A stretch of DNA of 37,247 nt from Polyangia bacterium (GTDB lineage Bacteria; Myxococcota_A; Polyangia; JAAYKL01), in assembly GCA_050287845.1 (NCBI GenBank), contig JBNKCR010000079.1, positions 1 through 37,247 of the forward strand, read 5' to 3'. The notes beneath the pieces are model-generated. The model searched no databases. It worked only from the letters and a program-made list of their open reading frames with translations, and had not been told where the DNA came from. Of this stretch, positions 10,355-19,513 are shown in pieces; position 1 is the first letter of the stretch, and every line of letters starts with the position of its first letter. A program made the position numbers and the translations under genes.

Positions 10355-10876
10355 TTACTCCTGCATCATGGCATTCAGCAGTTTCCAGGGCAGCATCAGC
10401 GTCATGGGGTGACCGGGCAATTCCTTAAAATCGTACCGCTGGTAAAAACGTTTTGCAGCTTGGGTGGCACAGTCCAGCAGTATGGCAATGAACGGCAGCA
10501 TTTGTCCGGTCTGGTAGCAATCTCTCAGAGCCTGAGCGAGCAGGCGTTCTCCGAGCCCTTTTTTCTGGTGGCGTTTGTCTATGCCCAGCCATGCCAGGGT
10601 AATAATGGGCAACCGGGTCTCCGGCAGTTTTCGCGCAATATTCAGGGGAAGTTCATCAAAGTTTACCAGCCCCATCGCGAGGGTATAGTATCCGATGACG
10701 GATTGTTCCCCGGTGCACAGTACACGGGTGATGGAGAGTCGCTTGTCCTGGGCCTGGCGAGCCCGTGTTTTCAGCCATTCATCCACGGATAATACGCCGC
10801 TTTCAAAGGAATCCCGATGGTGGTGCTTGCTGAGTGGTTCAATGGCGAGGTCATTGGGCCATTGGACGTTATTCAC
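10355..10876 (-). CDS. GNAT acetyltransferase, type II toxin (TacT/AtaT-like)
   Basis: HHRDSFESG...DEWLK N-terminus, GYYTL, acetyl-CoA motif LAWLGIDKRHQKKGLG and FYQRYDF. 4-nt overlap with the upstream antitoxin. Confidence 0.85.
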   Translation of the reverse strand: MNNVQWPNDLAIEPLSKHHHRDSFESGVLSVDEWLKTRARQAQDKRLSITRVLCTGEQSVIGYYTLAMGLVNFDELPLNIARKLPETRLPIITLAWLGIDKRHQKKGLGERLLAQALRDCYQTGQMLPFIAILLDCATQAAKRFYQRYDFKELPGHPMTLMLPWKLLNAMMQE

Positions 10877-11148
10877 CCGTCGCCTCGCATGATATTGCCC
10901 AGTTTGCGCTGGGGTGGGGTGGGGGTGGCGGACGCCTGGAGCGCGTTCCAGAACCGTTCCTGTTCATCCGGCGTCATCTGCAACACCTGCTGTCTGGCTG
11001 CGGCCACTTCTTTTTGAGCCGCAGGTACCAGAACCAACCGAATGTAGTCTGATAGTCCCACATGACGCAGCCGCGCGGCTTCCTCCACCGCGCGCTTGCT
11101 TTCGGGATCCAGTCGTGCCTGTAATGTTGTTGTTGCCAAATCAGTCAT
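10873..11148 (-). CDS. DUF1778 / ribbon-helix-helix antitoxin (TacA-like)
   Basis: 91 aa, with LQARLDPESKRAVEEAA...LSDYIR and the typical C-terminus EQERFWNAL..P.P...L; lies directly upstream of the GNAT gene; RBS GAGGTG. Confidence 0.85.
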   Translation of the reverse strand: MTDLATTTLQARLDPESKRAVEEAARLRHVGLSDYIRLVLVPAAQKEVAAARQQVLQMTPDEQERFWNALQASATPTPPQRKLGNIMRGDG

Positions 11149-11165
11149 GCATCACCTCTGCTATC

Positions 11166-11194
11166 AATGTAATGCATTCTGCATGCATCGTCAA
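11166..11194 (-). promoter_or_regulatory. Sigma70-type promoter of the TA operon with a putative autoregulatory operator
   Basis: Minus strand reads TTGACG-N17-TACATT. The spacer ATGCATgcagaATGCAT carries two ATGCAT palindromic hexamers. Confidence 0.65.
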
Positions 11195-11218
11195 TCAGGA
11201 AGCTGTGCCGGTTCTTTT

Positions 11219-11255
11219 ATCACTCCACTTTTCCCTGCAGAAACCATTGTCTGCG
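11219..11255. repeat. 37-bp direct repeat, copy 2 (native imuB 3' end, including the stop codon)
   Basis: Identical to 10306-10342; encodes RRQWFLQGKVE* on the minus strand. Confidence 0.95.
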
Positions 11256-12695
11256 ATGGCGATCGAAATATACCCAGAGCAGTTCGGTTTCGGTTTTGGC
11301 AAAGTAGTACTCTCTGCAGATATCCTTCAGCCACCAGCCTCCCTCCAGGATGTATGGTCCAACCATTTCTTTGACCGCCATTCCGCCGAGGCCGCCAAAA
11401 TGAATGCCCGCCGGACCTTTGACCGGCCGTGAATTGAGCAGTTGAGGCTTTTCCATGATGCGGCGAATGAGGGTGTTGCGCTTGTCCTGTGGGGCGGGCC
11501 AGGTAAATTCCGCAGTGGGGACAAACTGAAACCGGGCCACGGGAAGATGCCCTTCGGTCAGCATGGGGCGGCATACACTTTTATCACCGAATTTGGCCCG
11601 GATTCTGGCCAGCGCCCGATTGGCGGCGTCCAGATCCCGCCTGTGTTCATTTTGAAACAGCGCCAGTTGGCCCAGGGTCGCCACTTGCGCCACCGCATGC
11701 AGGGTAATTTCTGAAACCCCGGATTCCAGCTTGATACTCTCCAGCTTCAACCGGAGCAACTCTACCCACAGACGGAGATTCATGGTGGGTAACGCTGGAA
11801 CGATTTCAAAGTTCACCGCCGGTGCATGGTCCAGCAAAAAGGTGACATTGAGCTGGTGCAGTATTTTTTTTTGTTCTCCGAGTTCGAGTAATAGAGATTC
11901 CAGCATGGTTTTCATGACAAACAGTAGTCCCAGAGCATTGGACTGCATGCCATCCAGTTGGCAGGCCTGTTCCACCGGTGGTGCGGTTTTCTGGGGAACA
12001 AGGGGATTGAAGCGACTGGCGGAAGCGAGCTGATGCAGTTCGAAAAGCGCCGTTGAAAATCGCGACTTGAGGCTTTCCGCCGGCAATGAAAGTAGCTCGC
12101 CAAGGGTGTGAATCCCCAGTCGTTGAAGCAATATTAAATCCTTTGGGAGAATATCCATCCCTGATAATGGGGTCTGAAAAATGGCCTGCTGTTCTTCGCC
12201 CACACTGCGAAGGCAGCGGCGTCCCCGGTGGGTTTTGGCCACCGCATATGTGCCGAATTTGGAGCTTCCGGTGCAGATGTGGGCCCAGAACCCCTGTTTG
12301 ACAATGGCGTCATTCACCGCACGCATCCAGTTTTCTTCGGTATGATACATGCGTTCTATTCCGCTGCAATCCAGCCAGAAAATCCCCGGTTCAGTGTTTT
12401 TTTCAACTTCTGGCGAAAAGGTGTGCAGCAACGTGACAATCTGTTCGGTATGGGTTTTCAGATCTTCGGACGAAACGGTTCTGGCTTTGAGGATGGGGCA
12501 TAGGGAAAGCGCAGCCACATAGCTGTCATTTTCTTTAACGCCATACTCTCTGGCATGCCGGTTCAGTTCAAGAATGCGTCCGGATGCGGTTTCATCGGAT
12601 ACCACTGCCACCGGAAAATCCATCCAGTCTCTGTTTTTTTGCAGCAGCAGCTGAAGTAAAAACGAAAAGAGGTTAACACAGGCCGTCCGGGGCAT
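11220..12695 (-). CDS. imuB: ImuB, catalytically inactive Y-family DNA polymerase homologue
   Basis: Y-family fold motifs lack the catalytic acids (ACVNLFSF; EPGIFWLD). Has the beta-clamp motif QLALF and the C-terminal GPY..EGGWW...REYY...LWVYFD signature. Start ATG 12695 overlaps the imuA end. Confidence 0.85.
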   Translation of the reverse strand: MPRTACVNLFSFLLQLLLQKNRDWMDFPVAVVSDETASGRILELNRHAREYGVKENDSYVAALSLCPILKARTVSSEDLKTHTEQIVTLLHTFSPEVEKNTEPGIFWLDCSGIERMYHTEENWMRAVNDAIVKQGFWAHICTGSSKFGTYAVAKTHRGRRCLRSVGEEQQAIFQTPLSGMDILPKDLILLQRLGIHTLGELLSLPAESLKSRFSTALFELHQLASASRFNPLVPQKTAPPVEQACQLDGMQSNALGLLFVMKTMLESLLLELGEQKKILHQLNVTFLLDHAPAVNFEIVPALPTMNLRLWVELLRLKLESIKLESGVSEITLHAVAQVATLGQLALFQNEHRRDLDAANRALARIRAKFGDKSVCRPMLTEGHLPVARFQFVPTAEFTWPAPQDKRNTLIRRIMEKPQLLNSRPVKGPAGIHFGGLGGMAVKEMVGPYILEGGWWLKDICREYYFAKTETELLWVYFDRHRRQWFLQGKVE

Positions 12696-13335
12696 CACAC
12701 ACTTCCTCAATTTTCCAGTTGGTGGTGCCACTTTTGTCCCTTTTGGGAATGACCCCCAGCTGATAGGTGCCAACCGGAATTCCCAGTGGTATTTTGTGTG
12801 TTCTGACAGTCAGGGAAACCAGTGCCCCGGCTTCTGCGTCCGGGTGGACCTGGGGCAGAATAATGACTGCTGTGTTGTGGGTTCTGGCCAGCCCCGACAA
12901 TCGATGTTGCAGGGCCAGGGTGCCCTTACTGGTGCCGCGATGGCTGTTAACGGATGCCAAATCGATAATGACCATGCCCACGCCGCCGCTGCGAATCAAT
13001 GTGTCGGCTGCGAACCACATGTCCCGGTCCGTGTGCAGGCGAATCACCGTGATGGCGTTCAGATCAATGCCGCGCGCCGCCACATCGGGGGGATAGAAGC
13101 AGCTTTGCAATCCCCCAATCCAGGCAACAGTTTCCCCTTCTTTCTGGGCGTCCCACACCACATGAAACAGGGCCGAAAAGGGGGCGTTCATGGTGCCGGG
13201 CAAGAGGGATACCAGACGTCCCTGCAGCGCGGCGTAGCTCCACGGTGACATGTCTCTCGAAAAAGAGTGCAGACTCTTTCCCCTGGTGATGTACCGGGCC
13301 TGCAGCAGTTCATCGAGACGCCTGGCGGTGCTCAT
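12673..13335 (-). CDS. imuA: ImuA, RecA-like protein with degenerate Walker A
   Basis: VAWI...FYPPDVAARGIDL, ADTLIRSGGVGMVIIDL; no GKT motif; lies between lexA and imuB with overlapping stop and start codons. Confidence 0.75.
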   Translation of the reverse strand: MSTARRLDELLQARYITRGKSLHSFSRDMSPWSYAALQGRLVSLLPGTMNAPFSALFHVVWDAQKEGETVAWIGGLQSCFYPPDVAARGIDLNAITVIRLHTDRDMWFAADTLIRSGGVGMVIIDLASVNSHRGTSKGTLALQHRLSGLARTHNTAVIILPQVHPDAEAGALVSLTVRTHKIPLGIPVGTYQLGVIPKRDKSGTTNWKIEEVCDAPDGLC

Positions 13336-13958
13336 GAAATCACCATCTCATCGAGATATCGGCGGACCTCAATCACTTTGCCCAGAAGGCGGAGATCCCC
13401 TTCGGGAATAATGGGATCAAACTCGTCGTTTTCCGGGTGCAGCTCGGGTCTGCCCTTTACCATTTTCAGCCGCTTGACCGTGGCGTCGTCATCCACCATG
13501 GCCACCACAATGTCTCCGTTGTTGGCGACTGGCTGTCTGCGGACGATGACGATATCCCCCGGGAGAATACCGGCGTTCATCATGGAATAGCCGCGTACCC
13601 TGAGGGCAAACAACTCCTCGGATGGGCTGCGGGACTGCTGGACACCGATGTAGCCATCCGGATCTTCGATGGCCTCGGTGAGTTGACCTGCCTGCACACT
13701 GCCGAGCAGCGGCACCGGCAACTGGGGCAACAAATCAATTTCATCGGGCAGCCGATATCCTCTGGAAATGCCGCTCTGTTTAACGAGCCTGCCTTCCTTC
13801 ACCAGGTTTTCCAGGTGTTCCCGGGCGGTCTGTACCGATTTGAATGCGAACGCCTCCTGCACCTCGCGCACCGTAGGGGGGAATCCCTCCGTGATGCGGT
13901 CGCGCATAAAGCGAAAAACTTGACGTCGGGTCTGTCCTTTGGGAGTCTTGGGCGCCAT
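13332..13958 (-). CDS. lexA: LexA repressor
   Basis: Winged HTH PPTVREV; cleavage site VQAG; catalytic Ser (GYSM) and Lys (TVKR); LLGKV C-terminus; RBS GAGGA. Confidence 0.95.
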   Translation of the reverse strand: MAPKTPKGQTRRQVFRFMRDRITEGFPPTVREVQEAFAFKSVQTAREHLENLVKEGRLVKQSGISRGYRLPDEIDLLPQLPVPLLGSVQAGQLTEAIEDPDGYIGVQQSRSPSEELFALRVRGYSMMNAGILPGDIVIVRRQPVANNGDIVVAMVDDDATVKRLKMVKGRPELHPENDEFDPIIPEGDLRLLGKVIEVRRYLDEMVIS

Positions 13959-14007
13959 TTATTCCTCGTTTGTTAAAAAAATTTCTCAAAAAAACGGTCT
14001 ATTTTCT

Positions 14008-14036
14008 TGTTTACCATACAAATGTATGGCATACAA
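14008..14036 (-). promoter_or_regulatory. lexA promoter with candidate SOS box
   Basis: Perfect palindrome CCATACA-AA-TGTATGG (14014-14029) occupies the spacer of TTGTAT-N17-TAAACA, which has an extended TG. Confidence 0.65.
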
Positions 14037-14204
14037 GGAGGTGCCATTACATTTTTTACCTTTCCTCCCAAAGGTAAATTCGGTGTCGGGAGAAATCGCC
14101 AAAATCTCCCGGCACCGAAGCCGTTTTTGTATATAAATATCAATGTGTTTGTTTCTTTCGTGGTCGAACGGGACCCTGTGAATAGTCTGACCGGATGCCG
14201 CTGC

Positions 14205-14873
14205 TCAGAGGATACGGTTTGCCAGTTGTCGCAGTGCGGTGGGTTCGCAGTTGGTAAGAATATGCAGATTGTCCGATACTTCCTTTGGCGGCCAGTCCCA
14301 CCATTTCAGCGTCTGCAACAGACTGATGATTTCATCATCGAATCTCATTCGGATGATTCTGGCTGGATTTCCCGCGACGACAGCGTAAGGAGGCACCGTT
14401 CCCGTTACCACTGCCCGTGCGCCGATGATGGCGCCGTTACCAATTTCAGTTCCGGGCAGAATGAGCGCGTCATAACCAATCCATACGTCATGTCCGATGA
14501 CCACATCGCCCTTGTAATGAATGTCCTCAATAGTACGTTCCCCGGTGCCCCAACCGTTGGCGTTGAAGATTTTAAACGGATATCCCGTAAACGCCGCCAT
14601 CTTGTGATTTCCCGCATTCATCATGATTTTCGCGCCGGATGCGATTGTACAGTATTTGCCGATGATAAGTTTGTCCTGGCACAATTCATCCAGATACAAC
14701 ACGTTGTTTTTCTCGAAGTCCGCCGGATTGTGTACGAGGTCGCTGTAATACGTGTAGTCACCGATGCGGATAGCCGGGTGAGTGACTGCATTTTTGATGA
14801 AACAGATATGATCATATTTTTCGCACGGGTACAACAGATCGGGGTTGGCGCCATATATGTCCCTGGGATCCAT
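14205..14873 (-). CDS. CatB/Vat-family hexapeptide-repeat O-acetyltransferase
   Basis: IGDYTYY, KLIIGKYCTIASG, NH, YPF, KGDVVIGHDVWIG, GNPARIIRMRF and KWWDW motifs. RBS AAGGAG supports a start at 14873. Confidence 0.85.
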   Translation of the reverse strand: MDPRDIYGANPDLLYPCEKYDHICFIKNAVTHPAIRIGDYTYYSDLVHNPADFEKNNVLYLDELCQDKLIIGKYCTIASGAKIMMNAGNHKMAAFTGYPFKIFNANGWGTGERTIEDIHYKGDVVIGHDVWIGYDALILPGTEIGNGAIIGARAVVTGTVPPYAVVAGNPARIIRMRFDDEIISLLQTLKWWDWPPKEVSDNLHILTNCEPTALRQLANRIL

Positions 14874-14996
14874 GTCTATGTTCTCCTTCCGTGTTTGCTG
14901 ACGTTTGGGGCATTCAGATGTATCATACTTCTCCAATATCGGGGATCACACGCTGTGATTCAAGTGTGAAGAGGACTGGACAGAAACAGCGGGTTC

Positions 14997-16076
14997 CTAT
15001 TCCACGATGATGTCGCCGGGCAGAATGACGCCGCAGCCGGAGAAGTCGAGGGTGGTTTCAATGCGGAAGTTGGAGCCACAGGTCTGGCGTTCTGCCTGGA
15101 ACAGGTCGATGGGATAGACTTCGCCGAGTTTCAGTGAAAGTTCGTCAGCAACTTCATCGAGAATGACACTGCCGGTTTCCGGAATATGAACACCGCCGAG
15201 ATCGACGACAAGCTGATTATTAATGAATACATACACGTCATCGTCACCGATGAACGTGAACTCCTCACCGCCATGATACTCGAATTTTGCGTGCATTTCC
15301 GTCGTGAAATGGAAGTTGTGTATGTCGTCTCCACAGATGCAGGTTTCATCAAACCCATAGCCATCAATTGGGAAAAAATTAGACGAGTCAAACACAAAGG
15401 TGTCCCCGACCGGCTCCAGCCAGAGATCCACCGCAAACGGCATGTTCACTTCGGAAATGTTGTGATACCACTCCGTTTCAATCTGTGACGTGTTGCCTTC
15501 GCCAGCCACCGGTTTCTGGTCGTCCCCTAACTGGCCTTCAACGGCGCTGGTGGTCCAGTCATCCTGGAAATCGCCGTGTTCTGATACGAAATCGCGAACA
15601 ACCACCCGGATGATATTCTTGCAGACCGCATCATCATCGTGCGCTGCATTCTCATCCAGCGGACCAACAACCACGAAGCCGCCATAACTGGAGTCGGTAT
15701 CATCGGGGGTGGCCGGAGAAAATCCTTCGGGAAGTTCTTCAATGATTTTAACCGGATCTGTAGCGTTATCGGTATTGGTGTCGGTATCCGTGTGATGCCA
15801 GAATTCGGTGGAATCAAATGGTTCCCTGTCGGTATCGGTGTCCATGTTATCTTCAGTATCGTTATCCGGACCATCTTCGGTTCCACTGTCATCGGGATTG
15901 TCAGTGTCCCGGTGGTTTCCGTTTCCAGTGTCTTCGGTCTGGTCATCGGTGCTGTTGACGTCCGGATGGTGATCGTCTGTATTTGACGAATCTATGCCCG
16001 AAGTCTTTTCGCATCCACTGAGCTGAGCGAGTAAGAAAAGGAAGGTGTAAAGACAGTAAGTTGATGATCGAGTCAT
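14997..16076 (-). CDS. Fibro-slime (PA14-like) domain lipoprotein
   Basis: Lipobox LSGC; acidic D/T-rich linker; VRDF...HGDF, FFPID, HNFHFTTE, FTFIGDDDVYVFIN...VDLGGVH and FQAERQTCGSNFRIET motifs. Confidence 0.85.
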   Translation of the reverse strand: MTRSSTYCLYTFLFLLAQLSGCEKTSGIDSSNTDDHHPDVNSTDDQTEDTGNGNHRDTDNPDDSGTEDGPDNDTEDNMDTDTDREPFDSTEFWHHTDTDTNTDNATDPVKIIEELPEGFSPATPDDTDSSYGGFVVVGPLDENAAHDDDAVCKNIIRVVVRDFVSEHGDFQDDWTTSAVEGQLGDDQKPVAGEGNTSQIETEWYHNISEVNMPFAVDLWLEPVGDTFVFDSSNFFPIDGYGFDETCICGDDIHNFHFTTEMHAKFEYHGGEEFTFIGDDDVYVFINNQLVVDLGGVHIPETGSVILDEVADELSLKLGEVYPIDLFQAERQTCGSNFRIETTLDFSGCGVILPGDIIVE

Positions 16077-16321
16077 GGAAGATCCTCCTGTTTAATTCGA
16101 TATGTAAGGACTCCGGACGCACCGTTTCGGGCGGAATACGTCATTACCAATATTGTATTACAAATACAAGCGACCGAAAATGGACGAATATTCGGAACGC
16201 CCCAGTAAAAGTGCCCGGTGAGTTCAACCGGGGGACATCCAATAGGATATATTGAACAATTTCAGGTGGTTTTACCCTGAGAACACCACAATATTGAAGC
16301 GGTCGAAGTCAGTGGGGAGGA

Positions 16322-16359
16322 GATGCTGACCGGTGAGATCCTGAACGCCGGTCAGCATC
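16322..16359. other. Strong stem-loop downstream of xylA (terminator-like, no clear U-tract)
   Basis: GATGCTGACCGG ... CCGGTCAGCATC, a 12-bp perfect inverted repeat. Confidence 0.5.
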
Positions 16360-16405
16360 CAATTGACTCTGACGCGTTATCGCACGGTGAAATACCGGCG
16401 ATTTT

Positions 16406-17740
16406 CTATTTGTAGAGGTATTGATTGATAATGTTTTCGATGAGTTCCTGCTTTCCGCTCACCAGAGGCAGGTCTTCGGTTTCCGGCGCCAGGGCAGCCA
16501 GGGCAGCCAGATCGAGATCGCCCTTTTCAAATTTCTGTCCGTTGCCGCCGTTGAACGAGGCATAGCGATCCGCCTTCATTTTGGGCAGTGGTGATGCGGA
16601 AAGCAGTTTGTCTGCGATTTCGAGACCGCGGGCAAAGGCGTCCATGCCGCCGATATGCGCCAGGAACAAATCTTCGGGGTCGGTGGAGTTGCGACGGAGT
16701 TTCGCATCGAAATTGAGCCCGCCACTACCGAGCCCACCCGCTTCGAGTACCACCATCATGGCCTCGGTCGTCTGATAGATATTGGTTGGGAACTGATCGG
16801 TATCCCAGCCATTCTGCTCATCGCCGCGGTTGGCGTCAATGCTGCCCAGCAGGCCGGCATCGGCGGCAGTCTGCAGTTCGTGAGTAAAGGAGTGGCTGGC
16901 CAGTGTGGCGTGGTTGGCTTCGATATTCAGCTTGAAATCTTTTTCCAGACCATGTTCGTTGAGGAACCCGATAACGGTTGCCGAATCCACATCGTACTGA
17001 TGTTTGGAGGGCTCCATGGGCTTGGGCTCGATAAGGAACGTGCCTTTGAATCCAATGCTGCGGGCGTAATCTCTGCACATCTGCAGAAAGCGTCCCATGT
17101 GAGCCAGTTCTTTTTTCATGTCGGTGTTGAGCAGACAGGTATAGCCCTCGCGTCCGCCCCAGAATACGTAGTTTTCGCCCCCCAGGGCCACGGTGGCCTC
17201 CAGAGCGGCTTTCACCTGAGCACCGGCAGCGGCAACCAGATCAAACTGTGGATTGGTGGACGCTCCGTTCATGAACTTGGGATGGGAGAAGAGATTGGCG
17301 GTTCCCCAGAGGAGCTTTACGCCCGTGCTTGCCTGACGTTCTTTGGCAGCATCCACGATTTTCTTGAGATTGGCTTCAGATTCGGCTCTGGTTTTTCCGG
17401 CAGGAGCGATGTCCCTGTCGTGGAAGCAGTAATAGGGAATGCCCAGTTTGGTGATAAACTCAAACGCGGCATCCAGTTTTTCCATGGCGTTATCCATATC
17501 GCTGCTGTGGCGCACCCAGCTGAAGTTACGGGTGCCATTGCCAAAGGGATCGCCGCCATCGCCACAGAAACTGTGCCAGTACGCCACTGCAAAACGCAGG
17601 TGGTCCTTCATGGTTTTTCCCGCAATCACCTTTGTTTCATCATAAAATTTATAGGCCAGGGGATTGTCGGACTCTCTACCCTCAAACGGGATTTTACCAA
17701 TGCCCGCAAAGTGTTCATTTTTGCCTTTGTAATATGACAT
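16406..17740 (-). CDS. xylA: Xylose isomerase (class II)
   Basis: [54 protein letters not shown] and GGLNFDAK. Confidence 0.97.
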   Translation of the reverse strand: MSYYKGKNEHFAGIGKIPFEGRESDNPLAYKFYDETKVIAGKTMKDHLRFAVAYWHSFCGDGGDPFGNGTRNFSWVRHSSDMDNAMEKLDAAFEFITKLGIPYYCFHDRDIAPAGKTRAESEANLKKIVDAAKERQASTGVKLLWGTANLFSHPKFMNGASTNPQFDLVAAAGAQVKAALEATVALGGENYVFWGGREGYTCLLNTDMKKELAHMGRFLQMCRDYARSIGFKGTFLIEPKPMEPSKHQYDVDSATVIGFLNEHGLEKDFKLNIEANHATLASHSFTHELQTAADAGLLGSIDANRGDEQNGWDTDQFPTNIYQTTEAMMVVLEAGGLGSGGLNFDAKLRRNSTDPEDLFLAHIGGMDAFARGLEIADKLLSASPLPKMKADRYASFNGGNGQKFEKGDLDLAALAALAPETEDLPLVSGKQELIENIINQYLYK

Positions 17741-17754
17741 GTGTTCTCCTTCAT

Positions 17755-19251
17755 TCAGTCAAAAAGCGGTGAGACGGTATTTACCGCTTTGAGATAATTT
17801 TCGTACACAGTGTTGTAGACCTGTTGCACGTCTTTGTTGGGTGAAATAGTTTCATCTTTCAGTTTCACATGGGCTTCGGTAATGGCGGCGATGCTGGACT
17901 TGCCGGTTTCGTCTTCCAGTACCCAGAGGGCTTTGAGTGCTGCGCCGAATGCCGCAGCTTCCGCGATTTCGGGAACACATACTGTGCACCCCAGAATATC
18001 TGCCGCCATCTGTCTCCACAGAGGGCTCTTCGCCCCGCCCCCGGTGAGGTGTACAGTGGTGGGTTCAACGCCGTTTCGGCGAATGGCGTCCAGACCGTAG
18101 CGCAAGCCGAACAATGCAGCTTCCATTGCGGAGCGGGCCAGATGTCCGGTGGTGAAATTGAGGGGGGAAAGTCCTATCAGGCTGCCGCGCGCGTTGGGCA
18201 GGTTGGGGGTTCGTTCCCCGGTGAAGAAAGGCAGGGTAAGCAACCCATCGCTTCCTGGAGATACTTTTTCGGCTGCTGCATCGAGCTCTTTCACTGAAAT
18301 CTGCAGCATATTGCGAACCAGTTCAGTGGCGACGGTGCAGTTCATGGTGCAGACCAGGGGCAGCCAGCCCTTGGTGGAATCACAGAATGCGGCCACCTCG
18401 CCCTTCGAATCGATGACCGGGTGTTCGCTGAATGCGAATACAGTGCCGGATGTGCCCATGCTCATGCTCACCACACCGCTTTTCACACATCCCGTGCCGA
18501 TGGCTGCCATCATGTTGTCGCCGCCCCCGGAGCATACGGGAATTCCCGCCGGAATACCGAACTCCGCCGCCGCGCTTTCAGATACGTGGCCCAGTATCGG
18601 TGCCGCAATCAGTTTGGGCAGGCACGATGACAAATCTCTGTCAGGATCGAGCGCTTTCAGCATGGCGATGTCCCACTGACGGGTGCGAATGTTCAGAAGC
18701 CCGGTGCCGGAGGCATCGCCGTACTCCATGGCCAGTGTGCCGGTGAGGCGATAGTTGATATAATCGTGTGGAAGCAGAATGGTGGCCAGTTGGGCATATA
18801 CTTCTGGCCGGTTGTTTTTCAGCCAGGCGATTTTTGGAGCCGTGTATCCGGGAAGCATTGGATTTCCAACCTGTTCCACCATTTTCTGTTTGCCGCCAAA
18901 TCGCGCTTCGATTTCAGCGCATTCCTTTGTGGTGCTGGTATCATTCCACAATTTGGCGTTGTACAGAACCTTCCCATTTTCGCCCAGGGGAACGAATCCA
19001 TGCTGCTGACCGGAAACGCCGATGGCGCGCACTGCCTGAACTTTATCTGCAGGAAGCTGGGCCACGCTGTTCTTCACTGCGGCGTCCCACCAATCCGGTT
19101 GCTGCTCACTGGTGCCATCTTCTTTTTGAATAATATCGTGGGGAGAGGAACCGACTGCCACTATTTCCTTTGCGACAACATCATACAATACGGCTTTGGT
19201 GCTCTGGGTCCCTACGTCGAACCCCATGACTAGTTTTTCACTGCTCATCAT
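17755..19251 (-). CDS. xylB: Xylulokinase
   Basis: FGGY kinase motifs [26 protein letters not shown] and GERTP; directly upstream of xylA. Confidence 0.93.
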   Translation of the reverse strand: MMSSEKLVMGFDVGTQSTKAVLYDVVAKEIVAVGSSPHDIIQKEDGTSEQQPDWWDAAVKNSVAQLPADKVQAVRAIGVSGQQHGFVPLGENGKVLYNAKLWNDTSTTKECAEIEARFGGKQKMVEQVGNPMLPGYTAPKIAWLKNNRPEVYAQLATILLPHDYINYRLTGTLAMEYGDASGTGLLNIRTRQWDIAMLKALDPDRDLSSCLPKLIAAPILGHVSESAAAEFGIPAGIPVCSGGGDNMMAAIGTGCVKSGVVSMSMGTSGTVFAFSEHPVIDSKGEVAAFCDSTKGWLPLVCTMNCTVATELVRNMLQISVKELDAAAEKVSPGSDGLLTLPFFTGERTPNLPNARGSLIGLSPLNFTTGHLARSAMEAALFGLRYGLDAIRRNGVEPTTVHLTGGGAKSPLWRQMAADILGCTVCVPEIAEAAAFGAALKALWVLEDETGKSSIAAITEAHVKLKDETISPNKDVQQVYNTVYENYLKAVNTVSPLFD

Positions 19252-19386
19252 TCACTCCATCTGCTTTCCATCTGACCTTACCCGCTTCGGGGCCGTTTCA
19301 TCCCTTTTTTTCATTTGTTTTTAGATTCGTATATTAAGCGTTATTTGAAAGGTCCGGACAATCTGAGTAGTCCCCATCACTATAAA

Positions 19387-19411
19387 AGTTTGTTAAAAAT
19401 ACTTACAAAGT
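19387..19411. promoter_or_regulatory. Candidate xylose-repressor (ROK-type XylR-like) operator
   Basis: 25-bp imperfect palindrome AGTTTGTTAA-N5-CTTACAAAGT (7/10 arm match) in the divergent xylB/GH8 intergenic region. Confidence 0.45.
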
Positions 19412-19513
19412 GAGTTGAACACAACGAAAATCGCAATAAATTGACATTTTTATTGTATATGCTGCTAGCACAGGCGGAAGATTACCGATTTGCTTAAACA
19501 AAGGAGGTTTCGG

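Noticed and set aside
12696..12773. Extended ImuB N-terminus in the ORF track
   Set aside because: It overlaps imuA by about 100 nt. The ATG at 12695 gives the typical short overlap and a family-like start (MPRTACV).
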